The translations under genes and the position numbers were made by a program. Shown here in pieces: positions 1-8,729 of a DNA stretch of 41,158 bases (positions within the stretch are counted from its first letter, which is position 1; each line of letters starts with the position of its first letter). Source of the stretch: Candidatus Methylomirabilales bacterium (GTDB lineage Bacteria > Methylomirabilota > Methylomirabilia > Methylomirabilales > 2-02-FULL-66-22); NCBI GenBank assembly GCA_044451055.1, contig JBIOJT010000001.1, positions 1 to 41,158 of the forward strand, given 5' to 3'. A model generated the notes under the pieces. That model searched no databases, had not been told where the DNA came from, and saw only the letters and a program-made list of their open reading frames with translations.

Positions 1-217
1 GCGGGGACATCGGTGGCAGTGGGCATAGGGCACCTCCTTACGGATACTATATCTGTAAGATGCCCCCTACCGCAACCTCTATCTGCTCAGGCGATAACTT
101 TGGTGTCGTGCACCCCCCATCCTCCCCGAAGTTGCCCGCCTGCCCGGAACGTGATAGGTTCATCGAGCAGCCAGGGCTTGCAGTTGGCGACCGTCACTTG
201 GTGGTGAAGGAGGCCAA

Positions 218-478
218 ATGTACGTCCTGGTAGTGAGCATTGACATTCAGCCAGGCTTCAAGGGACAGCACGTCGGGCGATGCTCGCCGCTCCGTCACCG
301 CGGAGCCCGGTGCGTGCGCTTCAACGTGATCCACAACGAGGGGGAAACGATCGGGATCTCCCTGTACGAGGCGTGTCGGGACAAGGCGCCCTTCGATCAC
401 CGCATGACGATGCCCCATTTCATCCGGTGGCAGGACACGGTGACGGACAGGTCCGCATCGCCCCCCCGTGGTGCGTAG
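218..478 (+). CDS. ABM (antibiotic biosynthesis monooxygenase / Dabb fold)-like small protein; the central segment may carry compensating indels
   Basis: 86-aa ORF with AAGGAGG just upstream of the ATG. MYVLVVSIDIQPG at the N-terminus and VRFNVIHNEGETIGISLYEACRDKAPFDHRMTMPHFIRWQDTV fit the ABM pattern. Residues ~17-33 look non-native. Confidence 0.5.
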   Translation: MYVLVVSIDIQPGFKGQHVGRCSPLRHRGARCVRFNVIHNEGETIGISLYEACRDKAPFDHRMTMPHFIRWQDTVTDRSASPPRGA

Positions 479-697
479 TGGGCCCAGCGTCTTTCCCTCC
501 GACGGCGACTGATCCAGGAACTGGAAGGCCAAGTAGGATGCGGCCCGGACTGTGTCCACACCCCGAACGCGCCCCTGACATCGGGCGAGGACGCGTTCCT
601 CACACACGAGCTGGTGGATCGGATCTATCGCGCCTCCGGCCTACCGCCTCTGGCTTGACTCATCCCCCAGGCATCGCAACGACCCGATCGGCATTTG

Positions 698-711
698 TAT
701 AGACGTCTATA
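698..711. promoter_or_regulatory. Perfect 14-bp AT-rich palindrome TATAGACGTCTATA; candidate operator overlapping -10-like hexamers (TATAGT, TAGAAT), about 95 nt upstream of the SDR gene
   Basis: Read directly. The two halves TATAGAC and GTCTATA are exact reverse complements, AT-rich in GC-rich DNA, in the 5' intergenic region of the + strand cluster. Confidence 0.35.
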
Positions 712-805
712 GTAGAATGCGCCTCTTCCCGCCGGAGGAACGCGCGCGTAGCGGTGGGCTTCGACACGACGGCGGGCACACACAGCGGTCGGTGAGGACG
801 GGGCA

Positions 806-1618
806 ATGGATCTCCAACTGAAAGGAAAGGTGGCTCTAGTTACGGGTGCGGCGCGAGGCATCGGGCGAGGTATCGCCCTCACCCTGGCTCAAGAAGGGGC
901 GCAGGTGGCCGTCAACTACGTGAACCGCGCCGATGCGGCCGAGGAGGTCGTCACGCTCATCCGAGACAGTGGCGGCGAGGCCTTCGCCATCCAGGCGGAT
1001 GTCGGCCGGTATGCGGAGGCGGAGCGCCTCGTGGCGGCGTCGCTGGAACGGTTCGGGCGAATCGATATCCTGGTCAACAACGCCGGGATCGTGAGCCGGA
1101 AGCCGATCCTGGAAGTGCCCCTGGAGGAATGGGACCGGGTGGTGCACACGAACTTCTACGGCTGCTTCCATTGCTGCCGCCTGGTGGGCCAGCACATGGT
1201 GGCCCGGGGCGGCGGCGGGAAGATCGTCAACATCTCCTCCATCCACGGCCGCGTGGCCAAGGCGAACATGGGCCCGTACTGCTCCACCAAGGCGGCCATC
1301 GATATGTTCAGCAAGCAGCTCGCCGTGGAGTTGGCCCCCCACCGCGTCAACGTGAACGTGGTGGCCTCTGGGACGATCACGACCGATATCAACATCCCGC
1401 TCTACAAAAGCACCAGGCCAGAGGATATCGCCCTCCGCCAGGCCGTGCTCGCGCGCGTTCCCTGGGGCGTCATCGGGGACCCCCAGGACATCGGACGGGC
1501 CGTTGCCTTCCTGGCCTCGGACGCCGCCCGCTATATCACGGGCGCCGTGCTCTATGTGGACGGAGGGTACACGGCGGAGGGGACGCCGCGTGTCTCATCC
1601 GGAGTGCAAGTTCCGTAG
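806..1618 (+). CDS. Short-chain dehydrogenase/reductase (FabG-like SDR)
   Basis: 270 aa. TGAARGIGRGIA nucleotide-binding motif, NNAG, and catalytic S...YCSTK (YxxxK). Confidence 0.9.
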   Translation: MDLQLKGKVALVTGAARGIGRGIALTLAQEGAQVAVNYVNRADAAEEVVTLIRDSGGEAFAIQADVGRYAEAERLVAASLERFGRIDILVNNAGIVSRKPILEVPLEEWDRVVHTNFYGCFHCCRLVGQHMVARGGGGKIVNISSIHGRVAKANMGPYCSTKAAIDMFSKQLAVELAPHRVNVNVVASGTITTDINIPLYKSTRPEDIALRQAVLARVPWGVIGDPQDIGRAVAFLASDAARYITGAVLYVDGGYTAEGTPRVSSGVQVP

Positions 1619-1660
1619 CCCTTGGACTTTTATGCCTCACCGTCCGTGAGGGAGTTCACG

Positions 1661-2398
1661 ATGACCCACTGGACCATCACCATGCTGGACACGGGGACGC
1701 AGACCCAGGACAAGGGGGTGATGACGTATCTCACCGATATGGGTCAGCAGATCCAGATCCCCGTCACCGTGGCCCTGATCGAGGGCCCCGAGAAGATCCT
1801 GGTGGACACCAGTTTCCTCTCGGTGGAGCGGACCTGGCAGATCCGACGCCGGAAGATCACCCGCACCCCCGAGCAGGAGCTACTGGCAGCCCTCGCCTCC
1901 GCTGGCGCCCGCCCGGAAGAGATCACCACCGTCATCCTGACCCACCTCCACTACGATCATTGCGGCAACAACCGGCTGTTCCCCAACGCCCGGTTCTTCG
2001 TCCAGCGGGAGGAACTGCGCTACGCCCTGGCGCCGACCAGCTTTGATGCCACGGCGTACTTTGCGCCAAGCCTGGGCATCACGCCCGATTATCTGGGGAC
2101 CAGGTTCGAGTTGCTGGATGGAGATGCCGAGATCGCCGATGGAGTCAAGGTCATCACCACACCAGGACACACGCCGGGCCACCAGTCGGTCGTCGTGGAT
2201 ACCGCGGGCGGACGGTACTGCATTTCCGGGGACGCGGTCATGTGGTTCGAGAACCTGGAGAGGCGCATCCCTCCGGGGATCCACACCTCGATGATCGAGT
2301 GCATGGCGTCCCTCGAACGAATCGCCCGGGAAACGGACCATGTGCTTCCCGGTCACGATCCGAAGGTCTTTGCTCGGAAGCCTGCCCGGTTCCCGTGA
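1661..2398 (+). CDS. MBL-fold metallo-hydrolase, N-acyl-homoserine-lactonase-like
   Basis: HLHYDHCGN (HxHxDH) motif plus downstream TPGHTPGH and GHD metal ligands. ATG at 1661 is preceded by GAGGGAG; the track ORF begins at a TTG at 1622. Confidence 0.85.
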   Translation: MTHWTITMLDTGTQTQDKGVMTYLTDMGQQIQIPVTVALIEGPEKILVDTSFLSVERTWQIRRRKITRTPEQELLAALASAGARPEEITTVILTHLHYDHCGNNRLFPNARFFVQREELRYALAPTSFDATAYFAPSLGITPDYLGTRFELLDGDAEIADGVKVITTPGHTPGHQSVVVDTAGGRYCISGDAVMWFENLERRIPPGIHTSMIECMASLERIARETDHVLPGHDPKVFARKPARFP

Positions 2399-2506
2399 CG
2401 AGATCGGTGGGCGTCGAGGAGGTGAGGAGAGGCCCGAGATCAGGTATAGCACATGGGGGGATTACGCACTCTCTTCGTGGGTTCTTTCGATGGCAGGAGG
2501 AGGCAC

Positions 2507-3502
2507 ATGAGGAAGGGATTGGCATTGGCGGTCGCCGTAGCCCTTATCTTGACGATAGGGGTCGCATCTGGAACTGCCCTAGCTGCCGACAAGATCATCA
2601 TGAGAGTCGCCACCGGCACCGCGCCCGACCATCCGGAGAACGTCGGCGCCAACAAGTTCAAGGAAATCTTGGAAAGGAAGAGCAACGGCAGAGTGGAGGT
2701 CCGCGTCCATCCCGCCGGCCAGCTCGGCTCTCAGCGCGACTTCGTTGAGGCGTTGCGCTCGGGCACGCTGGAAATCACCATGGTCACGTTGGGCTTCTAC
2801 TCTGCGTATGATCCCCTGCTGAACATTTTCGAGTTGCCGTACCTGTTCCGCGACCGCGATCACGCCTATCGGGTGGTCGACGGACCGATCGGCGCCCAGA
2901 TCAAAGACAGGGTTAACAAGAAGGGTGTCCACGTGATGGCCTTCTGGGAGGCGGGGCTCCGCTACGTGACCAACAATGTGCGGCCCATCGCCAAGCCGGA
3001 TGACTTGAAAGGCCTCAAGATTCGCGTCCCGGAATCGAAAGTCAACATCGACACCTTCAAGGCCTTCGGGGCGAACCCGGCACCGCTACCTTTCACGGAA
3101 GTCTACATGGCCTTGAAGCAAGGCGTGTTCGACGGCCAGGAGAATCCTCCATCCAACATCTATCGCTCGAAGTTGTACGAGGCGCAGAAGTACCTTTCGC
3201 TCACCGGGCACCAGTTCCTGGTCCACATGTTCATGTATAGCGGTCAATTGTGGGACAAGCTGCCGGCCGACATTCAGAAGATGACTGAGGAGTCTGCGAT
3301 TGAGGCCGGGAAATTCCAGCGCGACTACACCTGGTCGGAAGATACCAAGTTGGTGAACGCGCTGAAAGACGTCGGCATGCAGGTCAATCAGGTCGACAAG
3401 CAGGCCTTCATAGACAAGGCCAAGCCTTTGTACGCCGAATACGCAAAGCTGTACGGGGACGACGCCAAGAGGTTTATCGATCAGATCCAGGCGGTCAAAT
3501 AG
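2507..3502 (+). CDS. dctP: TRAP transporter substrate-binding protein, DctP family
   Basis: Signal-peptide-like N-terminus (MRKGLALAVAVALILTIGVASGTALA). Overall DctP-like sequence (HPENVGANKFKE..., GLRYVTNN, FTEVYMALKQGVFDGQENP). AGGAGGAGG precedes the ATG at 2507. Confidence 0.9.
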   Translation: MRKGLALAVAVALILTIGVASGTALAADKIIMRVATGTAPDHPENVGANKFKEILERKSNGRVEVRVHPAGQLGSQRDFVEALRSGTLEITMVTLGFYSAYDPLLNIFELPYLFRDRDHAYRVVDGPIGAQIKDRVNKKGVHVMAFWEAGLRYVTNNVRPIAKPDDLKGLKIRVPESKVNIDTFKAFGANPAPLPFTEVYMALKQGVFDGQENPPSNIYRSKLYEAQKYLSLTGHQFLVHMFMYSGQLWDKLPADIQKMTEESAIEAGKFQRDYTWSEDTKLVNALKDVGMQVNQVDKQAFIDKAKPLYAEYAKLYGDDAKRFIDQIQAVK

Positions 3503-3527
3503 AGAGACGGAACCCGTTGCTGGCTTG

Positions 3528-3562
3528 GGATGCGGCCGGTCGGGCCCCGATCGGCCGCATCC
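3528..3562 (+). terminator. Strong intercistronic stem-loop after dctP (attenuator/stabiliser type, no U-tract)
   Basis: GGATGCGGCCG...CGGCCGCATCC is a perfect 11-bp inverted repeat, extendable to ~17 bp around a tiny loop. It lies 26 nt after the dctP stop. Confidence 0.45.
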
Positions 3563-3699
3563 ACGTGCAGTCACGCCGTAAGTCAAGGGCGGCAGAAATG
3601 GCAATTCGCGCAGGATGGATGGCCGCCTGGGGGAGGAGTCGCGGCAGTTCACGTCACGACAGACACGAAAGGCTCGCTCGCCGATAGGAGGTACGACGG

Positions 3700-5621
3700 A
3701 TGCTCAAGGCGGAAGCGGGAGAGTCCCTACCCCCTGCGCACGGGGTCCCAGGTAGCACCGTCCATGGTGCCGCGGCCACAGGCAGCCTTGGCAGAATGCA
3801 GCGGTGGGTGAACACCGTGCTCGACGTGCTGCTGGCGATCGCCCTGCTCAGTCAGTTGGCTATCATGTTCACCAACGTGGTCACGCGGTATTTGTTCGAC
3901 TATCAGACCATCTGGGGCCAAGAAATCTCCATGATCACGTTGACGATGATCGCCTTCCTCGGGGGAGCGGTTGCTTACTCGCGGAACAAACATATGGCGG
4001 TTGAAGTACTCACGAAAACGTTCCGCGAAAGCTGGCGCAGATTCCTTGAGGCGAGTGTTGACTGGCTCATCCTGTTCCTGGCTGCCATGGTGGGCTGTCT
4101 CTCGCTTCCGCTAGTCAAATCGCGTCTGGAAATGTTGTCGCCGATTATCGGCATGCCGGAAGCCTGGTTCATGATGCCTCTGCCGGTGGGGATGGCGCTG
4201 ATGTTAGTAATCGCCGTCCAGCGGTTGTGGGCCCGGTCGAGGAGGAGCGTGATTGCGTCGGGCGTCACGATTGCCGGGCTGCTTGCCGTGCTCATAACCG
4301 CCCGGAACCTGTCGGGCCCTTGGGGTGTGCATGCATTGGTCCTGTGGCTGACGTTCGGCGCATTTTTCGTTCTGCTGGCCATCGGTGTCCCCATCGGCTT
4401 CGTGCTGGCGATGACAGCGATGTTTTTCCTCTATGCTTCAGGGCAAGCCCCCATCAAATCGGTGCCCCAGACCATGTACGGCGGCATCTTGGGGTATGTG
4501 CTGCTTACAATCCCGTTCTTTGTCTACGCCGGGTTTATCATGACCGAAGGCGGGCTGAGCCGGCGGCTGGCGGAATGTGTCATCGCGCTGATCGGCCGGT
4601 TGCCCGGCGGGTTGCTGCAGGTCATCGTCGTGGCTATGTATATTGTTTCCGGAATTTCCGGTTCCAAAGTGGCCGACGTGGCAGCCGTCGGATCAACCAT
4701 GAAAGGGATGTTGAGAGCGGGCGGATACAACATGGGGGAAGCAGCCGCGGTGCTGGCCGCTTCGGCGATCATGGGGGAAACGGTTCCGCCCAGCTTCCCG
4801 ATGCTGGTTTTGGGTCGATCACTACGCTCTCCGTCGGCGCGCTGTTCATGGCCGGTCTGCTGCCAGCCGCTTTCATGGCAGTGTGGCTCATGATTCTCAT
4901 TCACGTCCGCGCCCGCAAGTTCGGTATGCCGGCCGGCATGAAGTTGCCGGCGAGGGAGGCGGTGCGGGCCACCCTGATCGCCCTTCCATCGCTTGCTGTA
5001 CCGATTTTCCTGATTGGTGGCATCATGGCCGGAGTCGCGACTCCTACGGAAATATCATCCGCGGCTGTTGTCTATGCCCTGGCTCTGGCTGTGATCTTTT
5101 ATAAGGAAATGGGGGCGCGGTCGTTCTGGGAAACAGTGGTCCAGACTTGCACCACTTCGGGGATGATCCTGTTCATTATCAGTGCTGCTTTCGGATTCTC
5201 CTGGTCGTTAGCGGTCGTTAACTTGCCAGACAAGATCGGCTCCACGCTCCTGGCCGTCGGCGGCCAAACCTGGCTCTTCTTGTTGGGGTCAGTAATCACC
5301 CTCGTAATCACAGGAGCGCTTCTCGAAGGACTCCCGGCGCTGCTGATATTCGCGCCGATGCTGATGCCAATAGCGGTCAAGCTGGGTATTCATCCCCTGC
5401 AATACGGCATTGTCCTCATCATCGCCATGGGATTTGGAACTTTCTCCCCGCCGATCGGCATCGGAATTTACGTTACCTGCGGCATAGCCGAGACCAGTAT
5501 GGAAGACATCACCCGGCGGCTGACCCCGTATTTGATCGTTCTGTTCTTCGGGATGCTTGCGGTGACCTTTGTTCCGTGGTTCAGCCTGGTCCTACCAAGG
5601 CTGCTGCACATGGCCAACTGA
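3700..5621 (+). pseudogene. Fused TRAP small/large permease (DctQM), interrupted by an apparent 1-nt deletion near 4811-4817
   Basis: ORF 3700-4893 (frame 1) reads as DctQ-like helices then DctM up to ...PPSFPMLVLG. Homology continues in ORF 4227-5621 (frame 3) from ...SITTLSVGALFMAGLLP to the C-terminus. AGGAGG lies 8 nt before the ATG at 3700; an alternative ATG is at 3796. Confidence 0.8.
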
Positions 5622-5649
5622 AAGACTGCCGCCAGCGGGAAGATAGTCT

Positions 5650-6480
5650 ATGGACCGCATCGTCTCCGTGAGCACCATGGCCTTCGACGGCTATTCGTTG
5701 GAGACCGCCCTGGACGAGCTGGCGGCGCTCGGCGTTCGCTATGTGGAGCCCGCCAGCGTGGACAAGGTCTTCCAGCACCTCACGGAAGAGGATTTCCGCG
5801 ACGCTCGAGCTGCCTGGTTGAAGCACCAATTGGCAATGCGCGATCTGTCCTGCGTCTCCCTCTCGGCCCACATGGATTTGACCCGGCCGGATTCGGTGGA
5901 CCGATTCCTCCGGCGGCTGGAGTTCGCGCGCGCCATCGGGGCGCGGATCGTGAACACCATCGCCGGACCGACCGCTGGCCTGGAAGGATTCCGGACCAAT
6001 ATCCCGACCATCGGAAAACGGGCTGCCGACCTGGATCTCACTCTGGCGCTGGAGAATCACGGGGACCTGGTGGATCGCGGGCCCCAGATCGTGGAGTTCA
6101 CCGAGCGGATCGGCATCCCGGCCGTTCGAGCGAACTACGACACCGGGAACGCCTGGTACTATGCGAAGGGCGGGCTCGACCCGGCAGTGGAGCTGGCCGG
6201 TGTGGCCTCGGTCGTGGCCCACGTCCACCTGAAGGATCCTCGGGTGGAAGACGGGGTCATGCGGTGGGTGGCCCTGGGAGACGGTGTCCTGGACCTTCCG
6301 GCTGTCGGCCGCATCCTCCGCCATCGGCTCCCAGCGGTCCCGGTGAGCATCGAGCTTTCGCTCCGCCAGCGGTCCCGAGATTTCGAGCCGCGCTGGCGCA
6401 CGCCAGACTTCCCTTCGCTGCCCGAGATCCGGGGGATCATCACCCGGTCGCTCCGGTCCCTCGAGAAGGTTTTGGCGTAG
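5650..6480 (+). CDS. Sugar phosphate isomerase/epimerase (xylose-isomerase-like TIM barrel)
   Basis: 276 aa. Typical pattern GVRYVE, ...LALENH..., ...AHVHLKD... of AP-endonuclease-2 / xylose-isomerase-like TIM barrels. Confidence 0.8.
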   Translation: MDRIVSVSTMAFDGYSLETALDELAALGVRYVEPASVDKVFQHLTEEDFRDARAAWLKHQLAMRDLSCVSLSAHMDLTRPDSVDRFLRRLEFARAIGARIVNTIAGPTAGLEGFRTNIPTIGKRAADLDLTLALENHGDLVDRGPQIVEFTERIGIPAVRANYDTGNAWYYAKGGLDPAVELAGVASVVAHVHLKDPRVEDGVMRWVALGDGVLDLPAVGRILRHRLPAVPVSIELSLRQRSRDFEPRWRTPDFPSLPEIRGIITRSLRSLEKVLA

Positions 6481-6804
6481 CCGGGTCGGTTGCGCATCAA
6501 TCTGCGGGTCACCTCTCCCGTCGTCCGACGCGAGGAAGCCAAGATGCCGGGGGCGAAAGTTGGTGGCGGCCTCCTCATCCGCGAACACATTTGGCATGTT
6601 GGCCCGGAGGGCCCGGTCGGGTGCGGCGAATCCATCTTCCGTGGTGACCGCTATCAGATGCTCGTCGAGTTCGTCTCGGTCCCGCCCGCCCGCTCCTTTG
6701 GCGCCTGAAGCATGGTCCATGCAACGGCGGGCTATCGGTCCGGTGATCCGCCAGACCGGAAATAGAGATTCCAGGTTTCATGATCGCCGGCAAAAGGAGG
6801 GATT

Positions 6805-7494
6805 GTGCGAATCATCGACCTGACACTGGCACTTGCCGACGGGACGCAAACCCACCCGGCGCATGCGCGCTGCGTGGTGATCGAGTTCGCCAGCCACGCG
6901 ACGACGGCTCCCCGCTTCAAACCGCCCTGTCAGGGTTTCGCCTCGCGGATCTTGATGTTCTCCGACCACATCGGGACGCACGTGGACTCGCCGTTCCACT
7001 TCATCCCCACGGGGGGAACGATCGAGTCTGTGCCGCTGGATCGTCTGGTCGGCCCGGCTATTTGCCTGGATGTCTCGGGGAAGCCGCCGGACCAGCCGGT
7101 CACGCCCGCCATGCTGGAGGCGGCGGAGCGGCGCGCCGGTGCGACCGTGCAGCGCGGAGACATCCTCCTGGTACGAGCGTGGCCGGGGCACCACACCGAC
7201 GATGGATTCATGCAATGCGCTGGCCTGAACCGCGAGTCTGCGAAGTGGGCCGTGGCGCGCGGCATCAAGGCCCTCGGGTGCGATCTGGCCAGTCCGGATG
7301 ATCCGAGGGACCTCACGCGGCCCGTGCATCTGATCCTGCTCGGGCAGGGGATCCTGATCATGGAGCACGTTGCTCACCTCGAGACGTTGCCGAGGCCCCG
7401 GTTTCTGTTCGTCGGGGCGCCCTTACGGATCCGGGGCGCCACGGGCTCTCCCATCCGGAGCCATGGCCATCTTCGAAGAGGAAGGAGCGCACGC
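6805..7494 (+). CDS. Putative cyclase / kynurenine-formamidase-like domain; as sequenced it is fused in frame to the next gene
   Basis: GTG start after AAGGAGG. MRIIDLT..., HIGTHVDSPFHF (HxGTHxDxPxH metal motif), ...PLRIRGATGSPIR C-terminal motif. Continuous ORF 6805-8490. Confidence 0.75.
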
Positions 7495-8490
7495 ATGAGC
7501 CAACCAACGATTGCCATCACCATGGGAGACCCGGCCGGCATCGGGCCCGAGATCGTAGCCCGGGCCCTGGGAGAGCGAGAGGTCCGCACCGCGTGCCATC
7601 CCGTCGTCGTGGGCGACCCCCGCATCATGGCGCGCGCTGTCGAGCTGGTGAAGAGCCCGCTGCGCGTCCGCACGGTCCAAAGCGTGGGCGGGGCCGGCGC
7701 CGATCCCGCGGCCATGGACGTGGTTCCGGCTGGCGCGGTCGACCCCGGGAGCCTCACGCCGGGGAGGCTGGACGCTCGCTGGGGTCACTCCGAGGCCGCA
7801 TGCGTCCAGCGGGCGGTGGCGGCCGCCAAGGCGGGCGAGGCCGCCGGCATCGTGTCCGCACCGCTGAACAAGGAGACATTCCACATGGCCGGCTACAAGG
7901 CCATGGACGACATGACGTTTTTCGAGGAATGCTTCGCGGACGGTGTAGCCTACCAGGTCGGAGAGGTGGCCGGTCTGTGGACGACCCCCGTGACGTTTCA
8001 CGTCCCCTTCCGCCAGATTCCAGACCTCATCACCGTCGAGGCTGTCCTCCAGAAGATCCGGACGCTGTACCAGGTGATGACGGCCGCGAAAGTGAGCCCC
8101 CTCAAGATCGGGGTGGCCGCCCTAAACGTTCACGCCGGCGAGGGCGGGATGTTCGGCCGGGAGGAGATCGACGTGATCGCTCCGGCGATCCAGAAGGCTC
8201 GGGCCGAGGGCATGGACGTTCTCGGGCCCATCCCTCCCGACAGCTTCTTCCCCCTGGCGTTGCGCGGGGATTTCCGGGGCCTGGTGTTCATGTACCACGA
8301 CCAGGCCAACATCGGGCGGAAGATCCTGGGGCGGGAACAGCCCGGGGTGAGCCTGTTCCTGGGAATGCCGGTCCCCGTCGTCACCGTCCCCCATGGAACG
8401 GCCTATGACATTGCCTGGAAGGGGGTAGCCAAGCATGCCATGATCGTCCGCGCCATCACCATGGCCGCAGCCCTGACAGGGATGAGGTGA
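7495..8490 (+). CDS. PdxA-family NAD-dependent (decarboxylating) dehydrogenase
   Basis: 332 aa counted from MSQPTIAITMGDPAGIGPEI. Also SAPLNKE, NVHAGEGG, YHDQANI and TVPHGTAYDIAWKG, the PdxA family signatures. Confidence 0.85.
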   Translation: MSQPTIAITMGDPAGIGPEIVARALGEREVRTACHPVVVGDPRIMARAVELVKSPLRVRTVQSVGGAGADPAAMDVVPAGAVDPGSLTPGRLDARWGHSEAACVQRAVAAAKAGEAAGIVSAPLNKETFHMAGYKAMDDMTFFEECFADGVAYQVGEVAGLWTTPVTFHVPFRQIPDLITVEAVLQKIRTLYQVMTAAKVSPLKIGVAALNVHAGEGGMFGREEIDVIAPAIQKARAEGMDVLGPIPPDSFFPLALRGDFRGLVFMYHDQANIGRKILGREQPGVSLFLGMPVPVVTVPHGTAYDIAWKGVAKHAMIVRAITMAAALTGMR

Positions 8491-8513
8491 GTCTCCACTT
8501 CAGGGACAACGGA

Positions 8514-8663
8514 ATGCACTCGATGCGAATTGTCCTGGGCGAGGCCCGTTGTTTCACCAAAGAGTGTGCGATCTTCATGCTGGCCCTGCTGGTCGTGCTG
8601 ATTCTGATCACCTACGTGCCCGGCCTGGTGACGTTCCTGCCGCAACTGATCATGGGTCGGTGA
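8514..8663 (+). pseudogene. Relic of a TRAP DctM large-permease C-terminus (49 codons)
   Basis: My translation: MHSMRIVLGEARCFTKECAIFMLALLVVLILITYVPGLVTFLPQLIMGR*. It parallels the C-terminus of the DctQM gene in this window (...ITRRLTPYLIVLFFGMLAVTFVPWFSLVLPRLLHMAN). Confidence 0.4.
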
Positions 8664-8729
8664 GCCGCTCGGGGGCGCCCGAACCTGGAGTGAGGGGGTT
8701 TCCACGCGGTCAAGAGTCGGAGGGTATCT

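Noticed and set aside
13-607. ORFs 13-207 (+), 194-607 (-) and 280-702 (+) at the left edge
   Set aside because: They overlap or lie antisense to the RBS-supported ABM-like ORF. Their products are low-complexity Pro/Arg/Gly-rich sequence with no recognisable motifs.
6481-6804. 324-nt gap between the TIM-barrel and cyclase genes, containing an acidic minus-strand reading (…ELDEHLIAVTTEDGFAAPDRALRANMPNVFADEEAATNF…) and a 72-aa + strand ORF
   Set aside because: No motif, RBS or family resemblance. The minus-strand frame only stays open by running antisense through the TIM-barrel gene. It may be degraded DNA, but that is not demonstrable by eye.
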